Part shown: in pieces, positions 8,017 to 16,159 of the stretch
Layout of the letters: each line of letters opens with the position of its first letter
How positions within the stretch are numbered: position 1 is the first letter of the stretch
Assembly: GCA_919902995.1 (NCBI GenBank)
Contig: CAKKSD010000032.1
Location: forward strand, 20,336 to 84,335
Reading direction: 5' to 3'
From: Thermodesulfovibrionia bacterium
GTDB taxonomy: Bacteria > Nitrospirota > Thermodesulfovibrionia > JACRGW01
Length of the DNA stretch: 64,000 nt
Translations under genes and position numbers: made by a program
The notes under the pieces: model-generated
The model's database searches: none
Told to the model about the DNA's origin: nothing
What the model saw: only the letters and a program-made list of their open reading frames with translations

Positions 8017-10170
8017 ATGATAAGAGGTCTATTCTCAAAAAGTTTGAGTCTTAAGGTTGCAATCACGGTAATAGCTGTTCTGACTGTGCTGGGCGGTGGT
8101 TCGTTTGTCTATATATACAATAAGATACAGAACCAGCTTATAGATGCCCAGAAAAGGGAGGCATTGACGCTCGCTTCTACCCTGAACAGTAGCCTTTCCG
8201 CCATGATGTTAAAGGGCGGAGGACTGAACCCTGAGGAGATACAGGTCATCTTTATAGCGTTATTAGAGAGAAAGGAGGTAAAAAATGCTGTTGTATACGG
8301 CCACAACGGCCGACGGGTATTTACAAATCATGAATCAGAGAGAAATACCATTATAAACAGAGATAAAGAGGAAGAATGTCTTGTCTGCCACAGGCTTTCG
8401 CCTGACAAGATGCCGCTTACGCAGTTTATAGATCTCCCAGGCAAGGGGAGAATTCTGCGCGCAGTGGCTCCGATAGTCAAGAAAGAGGCATGTCTCCAGT
8501 GTCATTTCACCGGTTCAAACATGGGTTTTGTTCTGCCCAATGAAAAATATCGCGGCATGGTGCTCGTTGACATGGAAACAAAAGAGATGGAATCCCAGAT
8601 GTTTGCAATCCTTGTGGCGGGAATAGCGACATATCTTGCCATAATATTAGCCGTATATTTTGTTTTGAGGAGGCTTGTAACACGACCTCTAAATGATATT
8701 GTAAATTCTGTTACTAAGATAGCTACCGGTGACCTGACTGCAGACATTAAGATTAGTTCAAAGGACGAGGTTGGTACCTTGGCTGTTGCCTTTAAGGAAA
8801 TGGCATCAAACTTAAGCGAAATACTTAAAAAAACAAAAACATTATTTACAAATGTAGATTCAGCAGTAAAGAAGATTGTAGATGGGGCAACCAGCATAAG
8901 GAGGGGTTCTGAAGACCAGGCAACCGCCATGACTGATGTCTCATTTTCTGTGGAAGGGCTTCATAAGATGGCACTCGACATTGCTAATGGTATGGAGCAG
9001 TCTTTGAAGCTATCTGAAAAGACATCGTCTTCTATCCTTGAGATGGCTCTATCTATTGAAGAGGTAGATGGAAATGTGGCTGAAATTACTTTCGCTGTTG
9101 AGGATACATCAACCTCTATAGAAGAGATCGCAAGCTCCCTCAAAGAAGTTGCTATTGGGACAGATAATATATCCAAAGGCGCAGACGAAATAGCCTCATC
9201 GCTTATCCAGATAGATACATCCGCAATGGAGATAGAGAGACATTCAGGTGAGGGAGCAGGACTTTCGAATGAAGTTGCGAGGGAAGGTGAGATGGGTCTA
9301 AAGGCTGTAGGACGTACCCATGCAGGGATGGAAACAATAAAGGGAGAAGTCAAAAAACTTGCAACGGTTATAGAAGAACTCGGTCAGAGGTCAAAGGAAA
9401 TTGGAAAGATCTTGAATGTAATTGATGATGTAGCAGTAGAAACCAACCTACTCGCATTGAATGCCACAATCCTCGCCGCCCAGGCAGGAGAACATGGTAA
9501 GGGTTTTGGTGTTGTAGCACATGAGATAAGGGAACTATCGGAGAGAACCTCTGCTTCAACAAAGGAGATTACTGGTATAATATCGGGTATTCAGAGCCAG
9601 ATAGGAAAGGCAGTGGTATCGGTTGAGGAAACGATTGCAAAGGTTACAGAGGGAGAAAAACTCTCTATAGACACAATCGGGATACTTGAAGGGATAACGG
9701 GAAGATTCAAGACATTCCAGGATATGAGTCTTAAGATTTCAAGGGCAACACAAGAACAAACAAGGGGGAGTAAGGAAGTAACACAGAACATGGAAGACAT
9801 TACTGCCACCATTCACCAGATTGCAAGGGCAACGCAGGAACAGTCACAGGGAAGTACCCAGATAGTAAATTCTTTAGAAAATATGAAAGAACTTATATCG
9901 CATCTTAAAAAGTTAACTTCTGAACAGGCAGAAGGCAGCAAGGTGATAGCATCTAATACGGAAAAGATGATGAGGTTTATCCAGGATATAAATGTTCTCT
10001 CTTCTGACCAGGAAAAGGAAAGCCAGAGGATATCTGCTGCTGTGATGGAAACCACGACTATCGCAGGTGCAGGAATGGAGAATACGAGTTACTTAGAAGA
10101 GATAGTTAATGTTCTGAAAAAGGAGGTCGAGACATTAAAAGAGGGGTTGGAACAGTTTAGATTGGAATAA
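8017..10170 (+). CDS. Methyl-accepting chemotaxis protein with periplasmic di-haem (2x CXXCH) sensor domain, HAMP and long MCP signalling domain
   Basis: TM1 LKVAITVIAVLTVLGGGSFVYIY, periplasmic CLVCHR and CLQCHF, TM2, HAMP, MCP signature LLALNATILAAQAGEHGKGFGVVAHEIRELSERT. Confidence 0.85.
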   Translation: MIRGLFSKSLSLKVAITVIAVLTVLGGGSFVYIYNKIQNQLIDAQKREALTLASTLNSSLSAMMLKGGGLNPEEIQVIFIALLERKEVKNAVVYGHNGRRVFTNHESERNTIINRDKEEECLVCHRLSPDKMPLTQFIDLPGKGRILRAVAPIVKKEACLQCHFTGSNMGFVLPNEKYRGMVLVDMETKEMESQMFAILVAGIATYLAIILAVYFVLRRLVTRPLNDIVNSVTKIATGDLTADIKISSKDEVGTLAVAFKEMASNLSEILKKTKTLFTNVDSAVKKIVDGATSIRRGSEDQATAMTDVSFSVEGLHKMALDIANGMEQSLKLSEKTSSSILEMALSIEEVDGNVAEITFAVEDTSTSIEEIASSLKEVAIGTDNISKGADEIASSLIQIDTSAMEIERHSGEGAGLSNEVAREGEMGLKAVGRTHAGMETIKGEVKKLATVIEELGQRSKEIGKILNVIDDVAVETNLLALNATILAAQAGEHGKGFGVVAHEIRELSERTSASTKEITGIISGIQSQIGKAVVSVEETIAKVTEGEKLSIDTIGILEGITGRFKTFQDMSLKISRATQEQTRGSKEVTQNMEDITATIHQIARATQEQSQGSTQIVNSLENMKELISHLKKLTSEQAEGSKVIASNTEKMMRFIQDINVLSSDQEKESQRISAAVMETTTIAGAGMENTSYLEEIVNVLKKEVETLKEGLEQFRLE

Positions 10171-10236
10171 CTACTTAATTTATAAAGGGCTAATGCCTTC
10201 AGTAAACCGTAAAAAGAGGAGAAGGAGGATACTGAG

Positions 10237-10674
10237 ATGAATGAGTTAAACAGGAATTATCTTAACGATCTGAAAAACGATCATAAGATGGTTATAAAAC
10301 TCTTAGATGATATTAAAGGTTCTACTCAGACAAAGGATATCCAGGGAATTACATCCTTTATGGAACAGCTTAAAAATGGGCTCCTTGCACATTTGAAAAA
10401 AGAAGATGATAAGATATATGCAGACCTACTTAATGTTGCTAAAGAAAGGAATATTGAACTGGTAACAATAACAATAAATACATTCTCTACCGCAATGAAG
10501 GGAATAGCAGCAAGGGTTCTTAAGTTCTTCGATAAATATCCTAATAAAGACGAGATCGCAAGGCATGCAGCAGAGTTTTATAAGGATTTTCAGGAGGTCT
10601 ATGAAGATCTCCACAAGAGGGTTGATCGGGAAGAAAAGGTTTTATATCCGATGTATGAGAAGTATTGCTGCTGA
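10237..10674 (+). CDS. Hemerythrin-like (HHE cation-binding) domain protein
   Basis: 145 aa with spaced His/Glu pairs (DHKMV, AHLKKEDD, RHAAEF, HKRVDREEKVLYP). Family call from pattern only. Confidence 0.5.
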   Translation: MNELNRNYLNDLKNDHKMVIKLLDDIKGSTQTKDIQGITSFMEQLKNGLLAHLKKEDDKIYADLLNVAKERNIELVTITINTFSTAMKGIAARVLKFFDKYPNKDEIARHAAEFYKDFQEVYEDLHKRVDREEKVLYPMYEKYCC

Positions 10675-10831
10675 GATATCTTCCTGAAACCACCATTTGT
10701 ATTGAATATTTTTTGAGGAGTGATAGATACCTTTCTTTGTCTTCGTCATTTAAAAAGACTTTTTCTCTGTTGTTGCCTCTTTGAACGACAAAACTGTGCG
10801 GTGGCTATTAGCCATCCGCACGAGTGATTTG

Positions 10832-11056
10832 TTAGGCACTTTTCCGAATCAATTTATTATCAAGGTCAAGTTCGTAGGAGAGGATTGTTTTAATGTTCAT
10901 CTTCTTAGAAGCATTGAGTATTTCTATGCCAACTATTTTATCTTCAGATGTCGTATCTAAATTAACACCTTCAGATAACTCAACAACTCCATCAGGTTTC
11001 TGGTTTCCTAATTTGATATAGATTGCGTCAATATTGGCGTCATAATGCACTCTCAT
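10832..11056 (-). CDS. DUF2283 family protein (putative antitoxin-like partner)
   Basis: 74 aa, YDANIDAIYIKL motif. Overlaps upstream DUF4258 gene by 4 nt. Confidence 0.55.
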   Translation of the reverse strand: MRVHYDANIDAIYIKLGNQKPDGVVELSEGVNLDTTSEDKIVGIEILNASKKMNIKTILSYELDLDNKLIRKSA

Positions 11057-11280
11057 TTTTTCCTCCCTTTCTTCAAAGGATAGTTTGTTATTACCGTTAC
11101 TGTATCCCCTTTGACGGAGACAACAATTTTCAATGGATATTGAAATCCCGTAATATTTCTTACGATCTCATGTTCGCCCTGGTGTAAATTCATGGTTTTT
11201 AAAATGTCTGTTATTATTGTTTCGGAAATCTCAAAAAGTTTTGCCCGCCTTTTAGCATGGCGGGAGAATTTTATCTCCAT
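11053..11280 (-). CDS. DUF4258 family protein (putative toxin-like partner)
   Basis: 75 aa, MEIKFSRHAKRRAKLFEISE N-terminus typical of DUF4258. Paired with DUF2283. Confidence 0.55.
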   Translation of the reverse strand: MEIKFSRHAKRRAKLFEISETIITDILKTMNLHQGEHEIVRNITGFQYPLKIVVSVKGDTVTVITNYPLKKGRKK

Positions 11281-11620
11281 CAGATATTACCCTTCTAAAT
11301 TATAGCTTTTTTAACAAAAAAGAGGTAATTTTATCGCTACTGCATCCCGGCAGCTCTACGTTTACATAATTGCTAACATTATATATCATGCAATTGAATA
11401 GTTTTGTACAAGTCTATTACTAAAATTGGCCTTAGTCAAGAAAAATTGCTTGAAAATAGCTAAGAATGCTGTATAGAATTAAATATTTTAATATTAGACA
11501 TAAGTTATATAATAATAACAATGATTATCTGTACTCATATTGCTTCAAAAAATATTCTGGGAGTGCGAAGCCCACTGGATCAGACAGGATAAAGAAACTC
11601 TTGCAAGAATAAGTTAAGTT

Positions 11621-12340
11621 ATGAAAAAAATATTCCTATTCTTTATCTTTCTCTCTGTGTTAAGCTTTATCTATCTCCTCTCCTCCCCCAATATCTCCAG
11701 ACTCAAGAAGGAAAACCCCAAGAAGACATCCTTTATGGAATACAGGGAAAGGGTGTCGAAAAAGAAGGGGAGGAGTTATAAGATAACTCAGATATGGGTT
11801 CCCCTTAACATCGTTCCATCACATCTTATTAAGGCGGTCCTTATCGCAGAGGACGATAAGTTCTGGAGCCATGAGGGCTTTGACTTTGAGGCAATTAAGA
11901 AGGCTATAGAGAAGGATATCAAGAAAGGGAAGTTTGCCTTTGGAGGAAGCACAATAACACAACAGCTCGCCAGGAACCTCTACCTCACACCTGAAAAAGC
12001 ACTCCTCAGAAAGATCAAAGAGGCCATAATTACATGGCGTATTGAAAGGGTCATCACTAAAAAGAGGATCCTTGAACTTTATCTCAATGTTGTCGAATGG
12101 GGAGACGGGATATTCGGAATTGAAGCAGCATCAAGGTATTACTATAACAAACCCTCTTCTGAGTTGAACCCGGAAGAATCGGCAAGATTGGTAGCGGTAT
12201 TACCAAATCCGAAGAGATATTCACCAACAGGTGAATCGAAATATATTGAGATGAGGGCAAGACTGATCCTTGACATTATGAAAATGAGAGGGATCATACC
12301 GCCAGAATATGAGGAGATTATACCCCTATTCAATTTTTAA
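11621..12340 (+). CDS. mtgA: Monofunctional biosynthetic peptidoglycan transglycosylase MtgA
   Basis: Signal anchor, then glycosyltransferase family 51 motifs EDDKFWSHEGFD, GGSTITQQLARNLYL, RKIKEAIITWRIE. Confidence 0.85.
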   Translation: MKKIFLFFIFLSVLSFIYLLSSPNISRLKKENPKKTSFMEYRERVSKKKGRSYKITQIWVPLNIVPSHLIKAVLIAEDDKFWSHEGFDFEAIKKAIEKDIKKGKFAFGGSTITQQLARNLYLTPEKALLRKIKEAIITWRIERVITKKRILELYLNVVEWGDGIFGIEAASRYYYNKPSSELNPEESARLVAVLPNPKRYSPTGESKYIEMRARLILDIMKMRGIIPPEYEEIIPLFNF

Positions 12341-12361
12341 AGTTGCAATTGTGAAAGAAGG

Positions 12362-13057
12362 ATGTATAATTTAGATACCTCTATGGAAGAAGACCATATC
12401 GAAATAGATTCTGTTCTGGTCGATTCGAGAATCTTTGAAACCCCTTACACATGTGATGTTAAGGGTTATAGATGTAATTCCACTTGCTGTTATAGGGGAT
12501 GTATCATCAGACCCTCTGAGGTTAAGAGGATAGAAAAACACATTTCTGGTATCCTTTCCTATCTGAGCCCCGAAAATAGAGAGGCGATAAAGGACAATGG
12601 TTCTTTTGTTGCCAGATGCCCTATCCAGTGTCCCGATGGTTGTGATATCCATCCAGAAGAGGCAACCTCAGCCAGGAGGTTTTTTAAGGAAGATCTTGAT
12701 TTCAGATGTACACTTCTCTTCAACGATCTATGTGTTTTTATTTACACAAATCATGAAGGCCTGAAATACTGCGCCATCCACTCTTATGCACTGGCTAACA
12801 GGATAAAAGTCGAGGATATCAAGAAGATAGATTGCATCCAGTACCCACTGATGGTATATAGAAGTAATGGGAAAAAGGTACTTACTATTCAGGAAGTCCC
12901 ATATCTATCTCATATACCCTGTATGAATGACAGAAAGGGTGAACCAATGTATAAGGGACTCCAGTCTGCAGTCGAAATTCTACTCGGCAAGGAATTCAAT
13001 CAAAAACTTCAAGCCTATGGCAGGCGATATATTCGTAAAACTAAAAAACAAAAATGA
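12362..13057 (+). CDS. Cysteine-rich protein, YkgJ/UPF0153-like putative Fe-S or zinc-chelating domain
   Basis: CNSTCCYRGC, CPIQCPDGC, C..LC..IY...C pattern. Family call tentative. Confidence 0.4.
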   Translation: MYNLDTSMEEDHIEIDSVLVDSRIFETPYTCDVKGYRCNSTCCYRGCIIRPSEVKRIEKHISGILSYLSPENREAIKDNGSFVARCPIQCPDGCDIHPEEATSARRFFKEDLDFRCTLLFNDLCVFIYTNHEGLKYCAIHSYALANRIKVEDIKKIDCIQYPLMVYRSNGKKVLTIQEVPYLSHIPCMNDRKGEPMYKGLQSAVEILLGKEFNQKLQAYGRRYIRKTKKQK

Positions 13058-13122
13058 GCTGGCAAGTCTTCACCCTCCGAGTAAAGTGAAGGCTATCACC
13101 CGGAATAGTCGAAGTAAAATAA

Positions 13123-14052
13123 ATGAAAATAATTAAGGATATTGAAGGCATAAAGGAAATATTCCAGTACCCTATCCTGACTATTGGAAATTTTGATGGT
13201 TTCCATTTAGGTCATAAGGCTATCTTCAAGGAGATGGTGAGTCATGCCAAGGAGATTGGCGGAACTACTATCGCCTTTACCTTTGAGCCTCATCCCTTAA
13301 AGGTACTCTCGCCGGAAAAACAATTGAGACTCCTCAGCACATTTGAAGAAAAAGTGAGACTGATCGAAGCCGAGGGAATCGATATCCTTCTATGCCCTGC
13401 CTTTACAAAAGACTTTGCCGATCAACATCCGAAGGATTTTGTAAAGAATATTCTTTATAGAAAGCTCAGAGTTTATGAGGTATTCGTGGGGTACGACTAT
13501 GCCTTTGGAAAAGGAAGGAGAGGTACTGTCGAATCCCTTAAAGAAATGGCAAAAGAGTTTGATTTTAAGGTCGTAGTTATTAAACCCGTAAAAATAGGAA
13601 AAGAGGTGGTAAGCAGCTCTAAGATCAGAGACCTTCTTTCTGAAGGTAAGGTGAAGGAGGCATCTCTTTTTTTGGGGAGGCCTTTTTCTTTAGAAGGTAC
13701 AGTTATAAGAGGTGAAGGCAGAGGTGCTACTCTCCTCGGTTTTCCTACCGCCAATATAAACATAAATAATCCTGAACTCCTTATTCCAAAGGAAGGCATA
13801 TATGCCGTTAACGTTATTTTTAATAGTAATACCTTCAAAGGGGCAGCAAATATTGGCTATAAACCTACCTTTGGAAATGGTAATCCTAGCCTTGAAGTCC
13901 ATATCCTGAATTTCAGTGGTGACCTTCTCGGAAAGTACCTGAGGATTAACTTTATTGAGAGACTCAGAGATGAGACAACCTTTCCAAATCCTGAAGCTCT
14001 ATCCGAACAGATTAAAAGGGATGTCGAATCTGTAAGAAATGTTTTTCGATAA
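13123..14052 (+). CDS. ribF: Bifunctional riboflavin kinase / FMN adenylyltransferase RibF
   Basis: 309 aa; GNFDGFHLGHKAIF (nucleotidyltransferase) and C-terminal riboflavin kinase GRPFSLEGTVIRGEGRG...GFPTANI. Confidence 0.9.
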   Translation: MKIIKDIEGIKEIFQYPILTIGNFDGFHLGHKAIFKEMVSHAKEIGGTTIAFTFEPHPLKVLSPEKQLRLLSTFEEKVRLIEAEGIDILLCPAFTKDFADQHPKDFVKNILYRKLRVYEVFVGYDYAFGKGRRGTVESLKEMAKEFDFKVVVIKPVKIGKEVVSSSKIRDLLSEGKVKEASLFLGRPFSLEGTVIRGEGRGATLLGFPTANININNPELLIPKEGIYAVNVIFNSNTFKGAANIGYKPTFGNGNPSLEVHILNFSGDLLGKYLRINFIERLRDETTFPNPEALSEQIKRDVESVRNVFR

Positions 14053-14062
14053 AGGAGTTAAG

Positions 14063-14359
14063 ATGAAGAAGTTATTTGCTATATCTTTATTTTTGGGGTT
14101 TATAGTCTATCCGTATTTATCTGAACCTTCAGACACATTTGATAACCATTTTGATAAAGGTTTGACTTATTACCAAAAGAGGAATTTTAAGATGGCCATA
14201 AAGGAGTTTGATGAAGCCCTCAAGATTGACCCCAATGTAGCTAAGGTTTACTACTATATGGGTTATGCAAAATATAAGAAAAAAGACTTCAAGGGTGCTA
14301 TTAAGGATTTTAACAAGGTCTATAGCCTTGATCAAAATTATTCCCCATTCCTAAAGTAG
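14063..14359 (+). CDS. TPR-repeat lipoprotein/secreted protein
   Basis: Signal peptide MKKLFAISLFLGFIV, then two TPR units (AIKEFDEALKIDPNVAKVYYYMGYA..). RBS aaaggag ahead of ATG 14063. Confidence 0.6.
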   Translation: MKKLFAISLFLGFIVYPYLSEPSDTFDNHFDKGLTYYQKRNFKMAIKEFDEALKIDPNVAKVYYYMGYAKYKKKDFKGAIKDFNKVYSLDQNYSPFLK

Positions 14360-14387
14360 GAAGGATGGGGGAAACTACATTTTTTTC

Positions 14388-14474
14388 TGGTGCCGAAGGG
14401 GGGAGTCGAACCCCCACAGGGTTACCCCCACTAGACCCTGAACCTAGCGTGTCTACCAATTCCACCACTTCGGC
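14388..14474 (-). tRNA. tRNA-Leu (anticodon CAG), long variable arm
   Basis: Reverse complement GCCGAAGTGGTGGAATTGGTAGACACGCTAGGTTCAGGGTCTAGTGGGGGTAACCCTGTGGGGGTTCGACTCCCCCCTTCGGCACCA. Anticodon loop UUCAGGG; CCA encoded. Confidence 0.85.
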
Positions 14475-14555
14475 TTTATTGAATCTTATCCTCTTATCCT
14501 CCTAAAGTCAATCTCATCATTACAATTTACCTCTTATTATCCCGGATTTCTCTTA

Positions 14556-14650
14556 CAAAGCGAAAAATCGCAAAACCCTAGGTAGGGGAGGCTTTAGCCT
14601 CCCCTAAAAAAGATTTTATTTTTAAATGGGCGACTAAAGTCGCCCCTACC
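14556..14650. repeat. Nested perfect palindromes (taggggaggc-ttta-gcctccccta; gggcgact-aa-agtcgccc; outer ggtagggg/cccctacc)
   Basis: 10-bp and 8-bp perfect stems enclosed by an 8-bp outer complement, on the 5' side of tRNA-Leu (minus strand). Confidence 0.5.
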
Positions 14651-14760
14651 CATTTAAGTACAATAGCATTAGAGAGAAGTTTAGATGACAGATAAGAGGG
14701 AAATTCAACTCCGAAAGGCATCCCAAATCTCCTTGACAAATATGGGTTATTGGGATACTT

Positions 14761-14880
14761 TAGGGTTTGGGATTCGAGGCTTTAGACGATACATGATCCA
14801 TGATGCCAGATGCATTATTCTGTATCCTCTATCCTGAATCGTGTATCCTGTATAACCTGACTATTTGCCTCCCTTGAATT
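14761..14880. repeat. TGTATCC / CATGATGC short-repeat cluster upstream of the mgtE-like gene
   Basis: gatacatgatccatgatgccagatgcatt ... tgtatcctctatcctgaatcgtgtatcctgtat. Related clusters at 39342-39420 and 40918-41045. Confidence 0.55.
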
Positions 14881-14904
14881 CCTGTATTTTCATAGGAGTT
14901 GAAA

Positions 14905-16158
14905 ATGACTTTCATTGGAGAAATCTTTGTAGGTGAAGTCCTTAATAAACCTGTACTCGATCCATCGGGAGAGGAAATAGGAAGGGTAAAGGACCTTTTA
15001 GTCTCAATCGGTGAACCTTTTCCTCAGGTAACTTCCCTTATAATTAAAAGAAAGAAAAGGGAACTCATCGTTCCCTGGGACAGTATAAACATCTTCAACA
15101 GAAAGGTAATCTCTTCTAGGATCTTCAAAGAGGAACTAAAAGAATACTTAACCTCTGAAATAGATATACTTATAGGTAGAGACATTCTTGATAAACAGAT
15201 TGTAGATATCAACGGTGTTAAGGTAGTAAGGGTAAATGATATTAGACTCGGGGAGTTCGATGAAAAGCCATGTCTGGTAGCGGTGGATATAGGAATGAGA
15301 GGGATTCTCAGGCGTCTTGGGTTAGAAAGAAGGGGAGAAGGAATTGGAATGGCGATTGGATACCCTTTGAAACATAACCTCATAGGCTGGAATTATATTC
15401 AACCTATAGAGCCGAGACTCACCCGTCTTACCCTTACAATTCCAAGAAAATCTGTGGCTACACTCCACCCTGCAGATATAGCCCACATAATAAGCCAGGT
15501 ATCAATGAAAGATAGGGCAGTCCTCTTTGATTCCCTTGACCTCGACACAGCAGCAGAGGCACTGCCTGAACTTGAACCTGATGTTCAGACCTCAATTATA
15601 AATCAGATGGGTAAAGAACAGGCATCTGATCTCCTTGAGCAGATGTCCCCTGATGAGGCGGCAGATATCATCGGTGACCTTTCTCCGGAGAAGGCAAAAG
15701 AGATCCTTGAACTTATGGAAGAGGAAGATGCTGAAAATGTTCAGGAGTTACTAAGCCACGATGAGGACACTGCAGGAGGCTTAATGACTACAGAATATAT
15801 CGCTTATCATTCTGGCCTATCTGTAGGTGATACTATTGAAAGATTCAAAAGGGATGCATCAGATATCGATACTGTTTATTACATCTATATACTGGATGAA
15901 GAGGAAAGGCTAATAGGGGTTATCTCCCTGAGAGATCTTCTTCTATCTAATACCGATAGTCTTCTCTCAGAGGTCATGACAAGGAAGGTTAAGACTATAA
16001 CCCCTGAGACAGACCAAAAACAGGTGGCAAAGATTATATCCAAGTATAATCTTGTGTCGCTCCCTGTCGTAGATGAGCATAACAGACTCCTGGGAGTAGT
16101 AACCATTGATGATGTGATAAATATCTTTATGCCTAAAAGGAAAAAACCGAGGGTGTGA
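14905..16158 (+). CDS. MgtE-type cytosolic regulatory protein: PRC-barrel + MgtE N-domain + CBS pair, no transmembrane pore
   Basis: MgtE_N acidic helix bundle (DEAADIIGDLSPEKAKEILELMEEEDAENVQELL), two CBS motifs, ends MPKRKKPRV with no TM helices. RBS aggag ahead of ATG 14905 (ORF-track start 14899 is TTG). Confidence 0.75.
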   Translation: MTFIGEIFVGEVLNKPVLDPSGEEIGRVKDLLVSIGEPFPQVTSLIIKRKKRELIVPWDSINIFNRKVISSRIFKEELKEYLTSEIDILIGRDILDKQIVDINGVKVVRVNDIRLGEFDEKPCLVAVDIGMRGILRRLGLERRGEGIGMAIGYPLKHNLIGWNYIQPIEPRLTRLTLTIPRKSVATLHPADIAHIISQVSMKDRAVLFDSLDLDTAAEALPELEPDVQTSIINQMGKEQASDLLEQMSPDEAADIIGDLSPEKAKEILELMEEEDAENVQELLSHDEDTAGGLMTTEYIAYHSGLSVGDTIERFKRDASDIDTVYYIYILDEEERLIGVISLRDLLLSNTDSLLSEVMTRKVKTITPETDQKQVAKIISKYNLVSLPVVDEHNRLLGVVTIDDVINIFMPKRKKPRV

Positions 16159-16159
16159 G

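Noticed and set aside
8502-10055. Several 60-140 aa minus-strand ORFs inside the 8017-10170 MCP gene (similar sets lie inside the other MCP, HEAT and CheA genes)
   Set aside because: They are antisense to strongly supported genes whose Ala/Ser/Thr/Glu-rich coiled-coil coding sequence is low in stop codons on the opposite strand. They have no RBS and no recognisable motifs.
14480-14900. M-box or other Mg2+ riboswitch upstream of the mgtE-like/NRAMP operon
   Set aside because: I looked for conserved M-box-like segments and found none by eye. Only the nested palindromes and TGTATCC repeats are evident. It needs a covariance-model scan, so it is not called.
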